DNA of 64,000 nucleotides from Eledone cirrhosa (Eukaryota), in NCBI GenBank assembly GCA_964016885.1, contig OZ024741.1, forward strand, positions 239,258,001 to 239,322,000, given 5' to 3'. Within the stretch, counting starts at the first letter, position 1; every line of letters starts with the position of its first letter. Made by a program: the position numbers and the translations under genes. The notes under the pieces were generated by a model, which worked only from the letters and a program-made list of their open reading frames with translations, made no database searches and was not told where the DNA came from. Shown here one piece after another: positions 1 through 13,630 of this stretch.

Positions 1-116
1 ATCTGAGTTCAAATCCCGCCGAGGTTGACTTTGCCTTTCATCCTTACGGGGTCGATAAAATAAAGTACCAGTAATGCACTGGGTAATTGCTGGCCTTGTG
101 CCTAAAGTAGAAACAA
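1..116 (+). mobile_element. tRNA-related SINE (partial); dispersed family with further copies near 2110-2270, 5985-6175(-), 12955-13165, 15715-15795, 16975-17160, 19580-19710(-), 25905-26030
   Basis: B-box-like GAGTTCAAATCCC followed by the conserved core GACTTTGCCTTTCATCC..GGGGTCGATAAAATAAAGTACCAG, recurring in both orientations across the window. Confidence 0.75.
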
Positions 117-524
117 TTAACTTAATACTTAATTTCTAAGATATAACACTATATCTAAATACAGGCAGCTGTTGCCACTACAGAACATGAAATAAGAACA
201 CTATATACATCCACAAACATTCCAATTACTCTCCAGCTGTAATTAGGTTGAATAAGTAAGACAGTCTTCGATTTATATTTGGAAAAGGATATCTTCAGCA
301 AACCTTCCCCCTATTATAATGATACACAGGTGGGTCACCACACCAGAGGAAAATCTTTAAGAGAAAGGTAACCTGGTTTAATCCATCATATAATTAGATG
401 TTACCATAACAATACTTCCACTTGCACATGTGGGTTATTGTGATGTAAGGGACGCTATACAGTCCAAGCTTATGGTCATCAAGGGCATTAACTCCACTTA
501 GCTTGTCAGATCCAAAGGCTATGA

Positions 525-870
525 CTTTTGAAATATTAGGATATTACTATTTCGAAATATTAAGATATGTTCAATTTGAGAGTCATTTAATAAAATTTCA
601 AGATTGCCTCATTACTGTTCAAAATATTTGGTAATGTCTTATCTGGAGTACCCTTAAAAGTATGAAAGAATATCCTATTTGTGGGTCATATAAATATTTT
701 TTTAAAGTCAGCTCAAATAGGATATTACCATTTCAAAATAATATGTAATATCCTATTTGAGAATTACTTGAATTTTTTTAATGCACCTCAAATATATTAC
801 AATTTCGAAATATTAGGTAATATCCTATTTGAGCGTTACATTTTTTTTAAAGGCACTTCAAATATGATAT
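525..870. repeat. degenerate tandem repeat (core TTCGAAATATTAGGTAATATCCTATTTGAG)
   Basis: motif recurs about five times at irregular spacing. Confidence 0.5.
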
Positions 871-1231
871 GTATTTGTGAAGTAACAAAAAATAGCAGTT
901 CAATTCCCAACCAAAGCAACCTAAAATGTCAGGGGAGTAAGTCTAAATAAATACTTATAGATATGACTCAGTATATTTATGTAGTACTGATATTCTATGA
1001 ATTCCCACCTATTCAGGTTGTGCAGTGTAAGTATAGTCATTCCTTATCCCCAAGTCATTCGATCTATGTAATGTGTTAACAGAATACATGTCAAACTGGC
1101 ACATTCAATCAGTATACTATGGTAAGGTGGTACAGCTGGCTAGAAACAACTGATGGTAATAAAGTTGTCAATACCAAAATGCTGTTATAGAGAACACAAT
1201 ACAATGTGAGGTCAGTTATTTCATGAATACA

Positions 1232-1721
1232 TCTATATATATAAAGTTGTAGTTCCTGTCTGTTCACAAACTCCTCTTATGGTTTTGGAGATAGACCCCC
1301 ATAACTATATATATTCTGAAACTACATTGCTCAGGGTACTTAGATAAGTATATTTCATTTTAATCAAAGGATTCCCCTGGGGCACAAACCCCTGCTGAAA
1401 ACTTTTTCCCTTCGATTTATATGAAATTTAAACCATAGGTAAATGACAAGATATGATGCCTATTCACAAAAGTTTTGAATTGATATTTTGAAAAAAATTA
1501 TTTACAAGAGACAAAATAAGAATAAGATTTAATAATGTAATTTTGATTTGATATATTACAAAAAATAATGTTTTCCAATTTTTCATGCATTACATTTTAC
1601 ATTGAGTAATATTGAAATGCAGAGTTTTTCTCCATAAATTATATCACTGATTTAAAATCAATCATCATTTTCTTACAAAAAAAATGTGTGAAACGCAGCA
1701 AGGCGCGGGTAATTCGGCTAG
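1232..1721 (+). mobile_element. non-autonomous Helitron-like element
   Basis: begins TC (TCTATATATATAAAG) after an A and ends CTAG before a T; GC-rich subterminal motif CGCAGCAAGGCGCGGG shortly before the end. Confidence 0.7.
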
Positions 1722-1819
1722 TTATTTCAATAAAGCTCTAGACCAACCCAGGGAGCTAAACTGTTAAACATTAATTTCATCCATTTCAGACTTTCATATT
1801 TGTTATTTACCTCAATAAA

Positions 1820-2035
1820 CCACCACACTACTACCAGTACCACCACACTACTAGCAGCACCACTACACTACTACCAGCATCACCACACTACTACCAGCAC
1901 CACCGCACTACTACCAGCGCCATTACACTACTACTACCAGCACAATATTACTACCCTACTACAAGTCCCACCACCACACTACTACTACTACCAGCACCTC
2001 TGTCACACTGCTACAGCACCCCTACCAAATCACTG
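1820..2035. repeat. degenerate (CAC/CTA)n trinucleotide repeat
   Basis: low-complexity CACCACACTACTAC tract. Confidence 0.85.
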
Positions 2036-2719
2036 ATAGTAATAACATTGAAATAAAATTATTAATAACGGATGTTGTAGTTATAAAGAACACAATACAA
2101 TATGAAGCTAGTTATAGTGTCAACAGTATCGTTAGAACGTCAGAATGTTTTGTGATATTCTTTCCAGATATCTGTGCTCTCTAGGTTCAAATCTCACTGA
2201 GATCAACTTGGCTTTTCATCCTTTCGAGGTCAATAATAAAAAAAAAAAGTGTCAATCTAGTACTGGGGCCAATTCTTCTATATCCCTTTCACACTTCTTT
2301 CTCATTTCTTTTCTAGAAGAAATCAGCTGTGTTCAGACCTGGAGAGGGGATGGGCTCCATCAGGTTTAAAATACTTTATGTAACTACAGTGCTCCTAGGA
2401 CTATGCCAGGAGTTAGAGATCCATACATACACATATAATGTCAACATGCCAGGAAATACAGTTTCTTTACACGCAAAAACACCACCTTATTCTAAAAATA
2501 TATCCAACAAAAACCAAGTAGTGTACCAGTTTATCAGGACAATCCCCTTCACTGTGCAACACTCACTACACAACCACAAGCTAGATAACTGAACCCATCG
2601 AAGAAGGGGTCAGTCAAACAGTTTATCCATTTCAGAGCTTTATCTACTTTAACTATTTACCTCAGTAAACTGTCTTAGCAATGACTAAACCAAGAATCAT
2701 TACAAGGTTCTATTTTTTG

Positions 2720-3225
2720 CAGCATCACCTTACACTATCACAACACCACATCAATATACTATCACAGCACCACCATAAACTATTACACTACCACATTACT
2801 ACAACAGTACAATATCACAGCAGCACCACCACCACAATACTACAACATTACACTATAAATGCACCACCAACACATAATTTATTGCTACATTATCACAGCA
2901 CCACCATCCACACTACAACACCACTACACTATCACAGCACAATCATCCACACTGTAGTGGCGGCGGCGATAGTGTAATGGTGGAAGCAGTGCAGCAGTGG
3001 TGGTGGTGGTAATAGCATGTGGTCTGGCATTGCAGTAGTGTTTAGCAGAACAGATTGGTGCTGTAATAGTGTGGTGTTGGTTGTAGTGTAGTTTGTTGTA
3101 TGTGCTGGTGGTGTTACTAGTAATGTGGCGGTTGTAGTGTGTAGTGGTGTTACTAGTAGTGTGGCAGTTGAATTGGTTGTAGTGTGTAGTGGTGTTGCAG
3201 TAATGTGGTAGTACTTGTTGTTTGT
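2720..3225. repeat. degenerate trinucleotide repeat; a CAC/ACT-rich half is followed by a GTG/TAG-rich half (inverted arrangement)
   Basis: strand composition flips near 2955. Confidence 0.75.
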
Positions 3226-4096
3226 TGTTTAACCTAAACTCTCCTTTAATTCAACAGACCTATGATCAGGTCTTTTTATTTAGAAATACTATATTCAGTG
3301 TGTTCTTATAATGAGTGTGATTTGAGAGAGATTTGCTAGTTATTTCTAGCAGGGCGAGCGGCTCCATAAAGACTCAAGCTTATTGGTTCAAGTTAATGGT
3401 GTTGTGTGCAGCAGTATGGTGGCTTTGATAGTCATGATGATGGTAATGGTGTGCTGGATTGTATAGAGGTAATATGATGGTGGTACTAATAATGGTGGTA
3501 GTGATTATGGTATGATGATGATGATGCTGGTTATGTGAAACAATGTATATACATAAATATACTTCTACAAATAATAAAGTAATGTACATGAGTGATATAG
3601 GTAATATTATGTTTAAAGCATTTTATATTACATAGAACTACATATTTGGTAATATGTAACGGTACGTGTGTGTGTGTATACATACATACATACATACATA
3701 CATACATACATACACACACTCGTGTGTAGTCCTGGGAATGGACAGCACAATACGGGTATATGTATATACCCGTATGATACTGTATTTTTGTATTAAGCAT
3801 CCCCTGTAGACCTAACCAAAAGTGCAACAAAGAGACATATATGAGAAAAAAATGTTTAGCGACCACACCACCATCTTTAGTCTACACCTTCACACCACCC
3901 TTTTCACTAGACATGCAGTAAAATACCATCACAAACATCCCATTCTGGAGCAAAACTACTGAAATTATTTAATTAAATATATATATTATGATATTCACTT
4001 GTTTACTCTCTTAAAATCCTTTTGTGAAACCATGTGCTTAGTCTCGCCATTGTCAAACAATATTTATATGTAAATACAAAAGAAAAACAAACTTAC

Positions 4097-4465
4097 TTTT
4101 ATTAGAGAAACGGTGTTGTTATCTGTGACATGTTGACTATCATTGAATGTCCACTGTAATCAATAGCTATGTGTGTGACTGCTGAATTAGTGTGACAATG
4201 TCTTCATGTTGATGGATAAACGATACAGATAGACAAACAGTCGAACTACCTTCCCAACCCTCTCCTTACTTTGATATCCGTCTTGTTTATCAAGTGCGTG
4301 CCTCTTTCTCTCAGTTTGCTGTAGTTATGGGGGAAACATCATCTCTGCCCCTACCACACGTACACACATTCAGCCTCTGACACATACATAAACGTTCACA
4401 CAGCAGTCAGCCTGTCACATACATACATACACAACAGTCAGCCTGTAACACTAACAGTTAGCCTT
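4097..4465 (-). promoter_or_regulatory. divergent protocadherin leader (5'UTR) exon, no ectodomain exon in the window
   Basis: shares TCCATCAACATGAAG.CATTGTCACAC and GGCTAACTGTTAGTG with the other leader blocks; GTAAG donors at 4096 and ~4269; no clear TATATAA. Confidence 0.55.
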
Positions 4466-6490
4466 TGACCCAGCAAAATATTACTACTGCTTACGGAATA
4501 TTTAAATCTCTAAACAGCACCTTCACTTTGGTTTCAATTTCATCCGGCAATTGATTAAATACTATCTAGTCTAGAAGATTAGGAGAAACTCCGTCACCTT
4601 AAAAGTCAAATCAAATTAAATATAAATTCAATAATACTTGACCTAATTTTTCTAAAATTCTTTTATTTATTTTTTTAAATAGAAAAAACTTTAAGAAATA
4701 TTAGTTCTGTTGATCGTGTGTACTTCTGTAATATTGATTGTTTACATAGACATGGAACTGAGTAGGATGTTTCAGATCAGTAGAAAGTGGGGTTGTTTGT
4801 ATATGTTTTATCTAAGAGATAAAGAACCGACTAAACCTCCGTGTAGTCGCTCGACTTGCTAGAAATAGCAACCAATTCTCCCTCATTTTACACACACACT
4901 ACCGTCGTAAGAGAAAAATGGAAGGACACTATGCAGGGGCGGTGGAAGCATTTAGGAATTAGGAGAGGGGGGGGTTAGTTGTAGTGATTAGTTTAGCTGT
5001 TATCAAATATCAACGAAGATGTAAAAAACTTCGATATGCAATAAACATAACATGTATATAAATTGTAGCGCATATACAAATAGATGTATGTTTTGATAGT
5101 TTGGGGAGAAAAATATGATTATTGGGGGGAGCCATGTCCCACCCCCTGTATGTCATTCACAAGCTGAAGGGATTTTATAAGTGGTACTCCTGGACTGCCA
5201 AGGGACAATGAGAAGAGGCCCGATGGTCTTACTGCTTGCTATTGGGCTAGAGGCAGTCGCCTCATACAGGACGTCACTGTTAGGGGATTATTTCGCTCCT
5301 CACGCCCTAGAGGTGCGACGAACGTGGATGAGAGAGTGTTATCACTATCAGTAGCCGTGCAATATCAATAAACTACATCTTGCAGTATGTGACATTCGAT
5401 ACATTAGGACATTAGAAATAGCTGGACCGCTGATGATGAAGTTTTTGTCACTATTTCCTTTATGAAATATCAGATGCTCGTGAGCGTGCTTGGATATTCC
5501 AGTGTCCTTAGCCTCGGTATCACCCGCAGCAATGCCGTGAATGTCTTGGCTTTACCTAAAGAAATTTCTGAGAGGAAACAGGCATATTCTTATAGAGTGT
5601 AAACGAGTGTGAACTTCTTTATTTTTCTATGATTTATTTCTTTTGTAAATTGTGTTTATACCAGTAAGGATAGAAGTAAAATTATACACATTAGATGATG
5701 GGAATCAAAACTGTGTCCTAAATCTGTTTTGGAGATTGTAAAGATAACCAATCCCAAGATATGCTTCTATATCTTATAAGAAGGTTTAAAATGTAGTTAT
5801 CCTTTTGGATATTATATATCCAATTAATTACAGGTGCGTTAAGTATCACTGTTATATACTGTATTACTGAATATATCTATAGATAATGTTTTAGCCAGCA
5901 CTGTATGTTAGGCTGATGTATGTATGTATGGACTGTAGCTCCTGGTGGAGTCGTAGGGGTGCTATTGTCACATATGGCGTCTTGGGCATTTTAACCTGGC
6001 TCCGCCCATCCCTCTCCATATCCGAACACAGCCGATTTCTTCCCCAAAGACAGAGACCGGGGTATAGAAGAAGAATTAGTACTAGACTGATACTTTTTTT
6101 TACCGATCCCCAAAGGATGATAGGCAAAGTTGCCCTCGGCTCAGACAGCAGAAATGAATATTGCAAAGTATTTTACCCATTCTAACGAACCTGATAGACA
6201 TACACCCTCCCAAAACACTAAACCCAAACCTTTTCTACTCACCAGTTTGAATTTTGAAGGTAACTAGACTTTTTTTTTTCTTTTTCTATTAAATTATGGA
6301 GGTCTTCGGGTTTATCATCGCTAGCAAATCAATAATCACCCGTGGCCTTTTCTTTAATTTTCCCCAAAATGAAGCGAACTTTGATATTTTTCTTTTGAAA
6401 ATATTCCTTAATTGTTGTTTGTAGAAAATGTTGTGTTATTGTGATTCCTTGTAAATAAAGTGTTGTGGTCCTTACGCATATAGCTTATGC

Positions 6491-6759
6491 CAATGGTTTC
6501 AAACTCAAAAACTCAAAATGGTCCTGGGGGAGAGGCAAAGCTGGCCTAACGTTACATTAGATGGGGGTGGGGTGGGGCAATTATAATACTAATCAGCAAT
6601 GCAGTTGATAAGCTGTTATTTATTTATTTTCATCTAAATGAATACACAAAATGTAGGTGGACAGATTTTTTGTTTAAAATTTCCCTTAATTAATCACGAA
6701 AATTGTTCTACCGCGGGCCATAGAAAAGTAGTTTGTGGGCCGCGTGTTTGAGACAGCTG
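6491..6759. mobile_element. hAT-like MITE (degenerate)
   Basis: imperfect terminal inverted repeats CAATGGTTTCAAAC / GTTTGAGACAGCTG with subterminal GCGGGCC motifs; TSD decayed. Confidence 0.45.
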
Positions 6760-7280
6760 GTTTATTGCGTAACATAATCATGAGCGTTTTACATTTTATC
6801 AGACATTCAAAAGTAAGAGACTTTGCCTTTGCAGCTTTTCAGAAATATACCTGCCCCTTTCTCCTAGGCTGAGAACTTGCTGACTTATATCGTATAGTTA
6901 CTCATGTTCTTAGCCTTACTTCACTTGTATCTAAATGCCATATGTAAATAAATATAACATGAATAGGAAGACGTGTGGTGAAGCCGTCAGCATGCGAAGT
7001 AAATTGACAAGAACGAATAGAAGATAAGATGAAACCATACCTAATAAGAGGGAGGGTATACATGTTATATACAAACACACACTCATTGAACCATCACAAA
7101 ACTAAGAAGTTAAAGGTAATAAAAATATAAAGAAATGAAGAGATAACATCATATACACACATACTAGTGTATATACAGATACACATATATAAAAACACTC
7201 GTCTATGCATAAACATGCATCAAAACTAGCCCCGCTGTTACATAGCAATAACACACTAACACGAGTCCTTAGCACATAGA

Positions 7281-7316
<36 letters not shown>

Positions 7317-8561
7317 CATACACTAAGCCGGTACAAACTGTATGTTAGTCAAATATATTGAGAAACCAGGGAAAATATCACTAGAGTTTAATTAACAATT
7401 TTCTTACTAATGAAATAATAAATTCATAAAGTATGTGTTGTTGTTTAGCCCAATGGCGTTCGAGCTGTGATGATTACCTTCTTTTTGTATATCAAGTAAT
7501 ACATTATTCATCCCTTTAAGACGGCAGGGGGAGATTTGGCTGCTGTTACCAGCAGGTTTAATAGAAGCTTCCTCCAATGTTATAGTGAAAGTCAAATCAA
7601 TCGACTATACTATCCCTCACAACACACAGAGCTCAAATTCCTATATATCATTCAACATTATAACCATTTTTCCTGTTACTGTTTTTCTTAAGCAGCATGC
7701 CAAACCTACGATAAAAAAAAACCCATTACAAATGTACGTGACCAATCGGTTTTTTTCTTTTTCAGCATTTGTTGGCCTATATTATCCATTGCGTTTCTCC
7801 TTTAAAGTAGTGGAGTGTGTGGTTAGAAGGATATCTAGCATTCCGAACAACCACATAGGAGTTCCTGGTTCGCTCCGTTTCTTAGAAATTGGATGCTGAT
7901 AGGAAGAATGACTTCGCTAATAGCTAATGAGTAATAATGAGCGAAGGGTTCGAATTTGCATTAAAATACTAAATGCCTGCACTTCTAAAAGGGCTAGATT
8001 GATTTTCCCGTAGAATCAATGAACTATTAAAGCAATTTTAATCATGCGAAAACCTATCTGCTACATACACACACACACTTAGCGACTCTGCGCAACTAAC
8101 TCCGAGCGTATCTCACCTAATATAATAAATACATTATATCTTATTAATAAGTATCTTTAAATTCAACAATTAAAACAATTGTACTACTGAAAAAAAGAAA
8201 GAAAAGCTGAATACTAATGGTAGAATCGACTCAATGGGAGGGGGGCATATAAAATAAACAAAAACCAAGTAATTATCGCTTATATATAAATCATTTGAAA
8301 ACTGATCTCCGTGAAACTGGCAAAATCTGTAAAGCGGCCGATAAAATGTCCGCAGCATTTATTCAAGGCCTTTTACGTTCAAATAAAATAAACTACTATT
8401 GAAATACTGAAGCTATTTAATATTCCCATAAAAGCATTCGAGATGTGAATGGTATTGTGACGGATCATAATGAGGAAACATCAAATTCTATTAAAAAGCC
8501 ATTAACTCTACTTCATAGATCAATTTTTTTTTCTTGTTTGTAAATGAAATGCGCGTGTGTG

Positions 8562-8612
<51 letters not shown>

Positions 8613-9101
8613 AACAGAAATAACAACACAATCGGTACAGTATATGGAAGGAATAGATTAGGTTAACGCTTGAAATAGCAGGAAGAGGGTCTTAATGTTT
8701 CGGACGCTAGTCCTTCATCAGAAGAAAGAATGAGAAATAAGATAGATTGAAGGGACGGGCGGGTTGGAATTGGAAAAAAATGTCTTTAGATAAAAATAAC
8801 AGGTCCATTCATGTTGACATATACACATATATGTGTGTGTGTGTGTGTGTGCACGTGCTTTTGTATAATCTTCAATATATGTAAATATATTAGTGTAAGT
8901 TAGGTTTTATGTACATTGTGTGCGTGTGCGAGCGCATCTATAGGGGTGGGGAGAGGACGGTGAGTATATTATATGTACGCGTAAATAAAGACTATACTGT
9001 AACAATATAATTTCTATCCTGATACAAAATAGTTCAACCGTGCCGCACCATGAATTAAATCGTTTCACCAACTGTCTAAACACAACGCATGTTTCTAATT
9101 A

Positions 9102-9237
9102 CCGTATTTCCCGGCGTCGAAGACGCTACTTTTTTCCTAAAATAAGTCTCAAAAATCTACCATGTGTCCCAAAGGCCGAAGGTTGTTTATTTTTTTTTGT
9201 CTAAATTAGGGTGCGTCCTCGAGGACGGGAAATACGG
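9102..9237. mobile_element. Tc1/mariner-pogo type MITE
   Basis: TIR CCGTATTTCCCG..CGAAGACGC / GCGTCCTCG..CGGGAAATACGG with TA on both sides. Confidence 0.8.
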
Positions 9238-9449
9238 TATACACAGACACACACAATGGTAAACGGTTTTATACAAACATACACACACATACATACGTAC
9301 ACAGCTAAATTAGTTTATTATAATGATATAGGTAATCAATAAACCATCGTAAAGTATACACATCCTCTTGCAAACATACATTGTCAATACAGCAACACAA
9401 GCGAATGCCCGTTATCTATTTCCACGCGTGTGCGCGAGTTTGTTTGCTT

Positions 9450-9532
<83 letters not shown>

Positions 9533-9546
9533 TAGATAGATAGATA
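9450..9546. repeat. (CA)n(TA)n(TAGA)n compound microsatellite
   Basis: direct inspection. Confidence 0.95.
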
Positions 9547-11069
9547 CGAATATAACGACATTCACATCTGTTTTGATGGTTGTGTTTGAGTGTGTGGAGG
9601 GTGCAGTGACAAAGTATATGTGGTGTATATGAGAGAGAGAGAGAGAGAGATTAGTGTTATTTAGTTCATATGATGGAGTTAGTCATATATTTGGAATGTG
9701 AGTTCCACGGAACTCTCAGACACATGTGTAACTTCCACAGTTGGTGGAGTAGTGTCGGTCGCCGGTAATAATATAATGGAGAGTGTACGTGGTCGCTATC
9801 TGTTAGAAATAGCAGCCAAATCCACCTCAAATCATATTCTACTGTCTTAGAAAAAGACTACAAAAGAGAAAAGAGAGGATAGACCCAATAGTTCACAGGC
9901 ACATACTTAAAACCACTTAAGAGAAGGGAGGAAAACAGACATTAGCCTTCTGTATTAATTTAATATAGAACAGGATTCAAACTTAGTAATCCTGATATCA
10001 TTGGCTCCATGACACTTTGGGAAAGTATCTTTTGCAATAACACTGGATTGACTGAAACCTTGAGTTAATTGGCCAGATGTAAGCCTGTCAGATGATCCAA
10101 TATAGTAATACAGTGTCATGTTGATTCTGCTCAAGAATTACGTTATGGGTACAATCTATATGGAATACTCAACCATTTACATCTTTATCGTTTATCCACG
10201 CTCGCATGTCAAAATACATTTTTTCCATGGACATTACAATCAGATAATTTGTGGCATTGTTTATTTTTTCACAAGTAGAGCCAATTCGTTTTTATTTTTT
10301 ATTCTCTCTCTCCTACTAATAAGTTTGCTGTCAGTTTACATGTAATTCTGAGAAAGTTTCATTAATAATTAAATAAAATTAAATAATTTTATTGATAAAT
10401 ATCACTAACACTGGTTAACTTTTAATCCTCGGCAAATGCTGTATTGAAGGCATATGTACATGCTGCATTTTGATCAAAAGTATATGGGAAGAAAGTTCAC
10501 ATCCAGAACTTTCAATTGATATATAATTGTCCATGGAGAAAATGTATTTTTGCATGAAAATTATGAAATAAAAAGTGGATTATTGCGTGGTCAAACTGTA
10601 CTTGACACCCCTTTTCGGAGCTCTACTGTGATACCTAATATCATTATCATCATCATTTTTACATTGACTTTTCCATGTTGAAAATGTTTTACAGCCAGAT
10701 GCCCTTTCTGACACTCACTCCCTTAGTCACTTCTTACAGCACACAGGGATATGATGTACATATTCTAAACCATATATATATATCAACAAACATAGCTTTA
10801 TTAAAGATTGGTGAAGAAACCAATTATGTATTCCATCCATACAATAGGTTATGTACAAATATAGGAATAATATTAAAGCCCAAAGAGGTGAATTGCCAGA
10901 ATCATTAGAGTACTGAATATGTAGTGTTCATTCTTGCTCTCTACACTAACTGGCTATAGTCAGATAATATACAGAACTGTAATTGATAAATATTTTCCAT
11001 TAGTAAAATTTGCTGTCAACTTGGGAAACTCTAACAATATATATCATAGGATACAACAAGTATCCTACT

Positions 11070-11520
11070 GTTATAAAGTGGTAGTATTGGTTTCACAATA
11101 AAAAGCACCCAGTTCACCCTATAAGGTGGTAGTGCAGGTGCCACCAAATCCACCCTACTGGTGCCACAATAAAATGTTCCCAGCCCACTCTGTAAAGTGG
11201 TAGTGCTGATGCCCTGATAAAATACACCCAGTCCACCTTGTAAAGTGGTAGTACTGATGCCAATAAAAAGCATTCGGTCTACCCTGTAAAGTTGGTAGTG
11301 CTGGTGCCATGACAAAGCACTCAGTGCTGGCGTTATGATAAGATGCTCTCGGTACACACTGAAAAGTGGTTGGTGTTAAAAATGGCATCCACCCATAGAA
11401 ACCAAACTAAATACATATCGTATGGGAAGACATGGTCACCAGATCTGTCTAGCCTCAATATATGACAACTCCTCTAACCTATGTAAGCATGGCAAATAAA
11501 ATTTAAACAGTGCTGATGAT
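11070..11520 (+). mobile_element. retroelement 3'-end family carrying the ~48-bp AAAAGCACCCAG..CTGTAAAGTGG tandem unit (old copy)
   Basis: about six degenerate units followed by GGCATCCA..CATAGAAACC and a TGATGAT tail, as at 24935-25822. Confidence 0.65.
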
Positions 11521-11614
11521 ATATTTGATTATTTTTGATGTTTTGAAAATTCTATATTCTTTATTTGATGTTATTGATGATAATTAAAAGCATCATAGTA
11601 GAAAGGGATATTAA

Positions 11615-11820
11615 CCCTTTCAATACCCAAACTGCTTGAAACTACCTCTAGTTCTATGATACAGAACGGTCTATATTTATCTGAAAAAATTTCATCATAA
11701 TTTTATGTAAGTACTTTTGTTAAGTCATGTTCCAAACCCAAGCTTAATAATGAAAAAGTTATTTCACTAATTTTCAAAGTATAGGCAATGTCTTTAAGTA
11801 GAAATATAGTAACAAAAGGG
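11615..11820. mobile_element. piggyBac-like MITE
   Basis: TTAA|CCCTTT ... AAAGGG|TTAA termini with TTAA target duplication. Confidence 0.7.
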
Positions 11821-12004
11821 TTAAAGCAAGGTACAGACTATGTAAGAAGGCAATTGTAGCTCTGTATTAATGCAAAATATAAACAAATGTAGCAAAGTTG
11901 CAAAAGCAGCAACAAAAAAATACTAACATTCATAAAGATAATCAATTCTACTTTTTGTATCAGTATAAATAGAATCATATATAAATAGAATACCTTCACA
12001 ACAA

Positions 12005-12340
12005 GGATAAAGACCCCCTACAGTCACAAATGACCATAGAATTTGCACCTAGAAAATTCCCCTCCATGGCACAAGTCCAGGCAAGGTTGTGGAAGACCAG
12101 CAGTCACCCATGCATACCAGCCTCCCCTCTTCATGCCACTGATGTTGTCCAAAGGAAAGGCAATGGTCAATACAGCTTGGCACCAGTGACATCACAACTC
12201 CTTTTTACAGCTGAGTAAACTGGAACAATGTGAAATAAAGTGTCTTGCTCAAGAACACAATGCATCACCCAGTTCAAGAATCAAACTCACAACCCCCCGA
12301 TTGCAAACCCAATGCTCTAACCACTAAACCATGTGCCCAC
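12005..12340 (-). mobile_element. tRNA-derived SINE, second family (another copy at ~21035-21320)
   Basis: minus strand starts with A-box-like TGGTTTAGTGGTTAGAGC and a B-box-like segment; body (GGAAGACCAGCAGTCACCCATGC, CCAAGGGAAAGG) is shared with the 21.0-21.3 kb copy. Confidence 0.7.
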
Positions 12341-12670
12341 ACACAACATTCAGGAAATTGATCATCATATCATAGTAATTATTAGAAAATCTAAGAAAAA
12401 TGTAATGTATGTATAGCTACAGTTTTTAACTAAGTCATACAGTATAAAAGGAACAAATGTAAATACATTTTTGTTATTCTCTGTATACACAGAAAAACAC
12501 AAGAATTTGACTTTACACATTTCACAGCTAGTTTAGTGTTCGTCTAAAGACAAATACTTTTATCATTCTGCCTATGAAGAGAATGTATAACAAAATGGTA
12601 TACACTGGTCAAGCACAAACCAGAACTTAAATGATTATGGTTAATTATGTTAAGTAATTTAGCATCGTAC

Positions 12671-12769
12671 CTGACATTTCTCCTGTCTTCTGCCCTTGCT
12701 CACTTGTCTTGTAACAGGTAAATAAGTCACTGACAGTTACATAAGTTTCTTTCACTACTGTATTTTCTG
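12671..12769 (-). pseudogene. degenerate or divergent homologue of the protocadherin first cytoplasmic exon
   Basis: acceptor TTTGACAG|CAGAAA and donor ATGTCAG|GTAC mirror the functional exon (TTTTACAG|CAGAAA ... ATGTCAG|GTAG); TCYKTSEQ aligns with TSCKSSGQ; 99 nt instead of 154. Confidence 0.55.
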
Positions 12770-13229
12770 CTGTCAAATGAAAATGAATTCCCAAGTTAAA
12801 TTGAAACAACAACAAAAAAGTTTGAGGTGTTGTGTTGTGATATTTTATTACTGTGTTTCTAATGAAAGACACTGCCTATGATTTTCAAATAATTTTGAAA
12901 ATAATCAAGAACTTAAGAGATTTAGTATAATAACTAACTCATTATTTATCTGGTGTGAGGGCAGTGGATTGGCAGAATCAGAGCATTAGACAAATGCTTA
13001 GCAATATTTGTTCCAGCTCTTTATTTAATGAGTTCAACTCAACCTTTTGCCTTCCATCCTTCAGAGATTGATAAAAAAGTTCCAATCAAGAATTAAGGTC
13101 AATATAATCAACTTTGCCCTCCCCATAAATTGCTGGCCTTGTGCCTAAATTAGAAATTGTTAGATGTTTTTTTTAAATAAATATATACACTTAAAAAATT
13201 TTGAAGTGAAACAAAACAAGAGTACTTAC

Positions 13230-13630
13230 ATTTGCTGTGTGTAAAATCCTTTGTTATAAACTGTAAGTTGGTCCCAATGTTCTTTTGTTAATGGTTGTCT
13301 GTGTCACTGCTGCTATGGTGTGACAATGGCTTCATGTTGATGGAATAGTGTTGGTAGCGAGTCAGTGGGAACCAACAGTTCCTCTCAGTCTTGTGTATGT
13401 GTGATGTTTATGGAATATATATATTTATATACACACACACACACATATGTATATATGTGTGTGTGTGTGTGTGTGTAAGAGATAAGGGAGGTGCTTACTC
13501 CAGGTTCACTCAGGTAGGTGTGGTGTTCCCCTCAAAGAAGAGAGAAAAAGGGAGATAGTGACAAGATAGAATATTAGCTACACTAACTCAGCCATAAATC
13601 TATATAATACCAATGTCTCATGTAGAGAGA
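13230..13630 (-). promoter_or_regulatory. orphan protocadherin promoter and leader exon
   Basis: high identity to the leader blocks of A-E; TTATATAG at 13600-13607; GTAAG donor at 13229. Confidence 0.75.

Noticed and set aside
1800-3589. His/Thr-rich ORFs (also 20101-20432)
   Set aside because: Translations of trinucleotide low-complexity repeats
4934-5148. Possible MITE bounded by CAGGGG...CCCCTG
   Set aside because: Inverted repeat is only 6 bp with no convincing target-site duplication
6252-6268. TTGAAGGTAACT match to the terminal exon
   Set aside because: Only 12 nt, with no flanking similarity or acceptor
12250-12340. tRNA-like A/B boxes as a tRNA gene
   Set aside because: Head of a dispersed SINE; no intact cloverleaf
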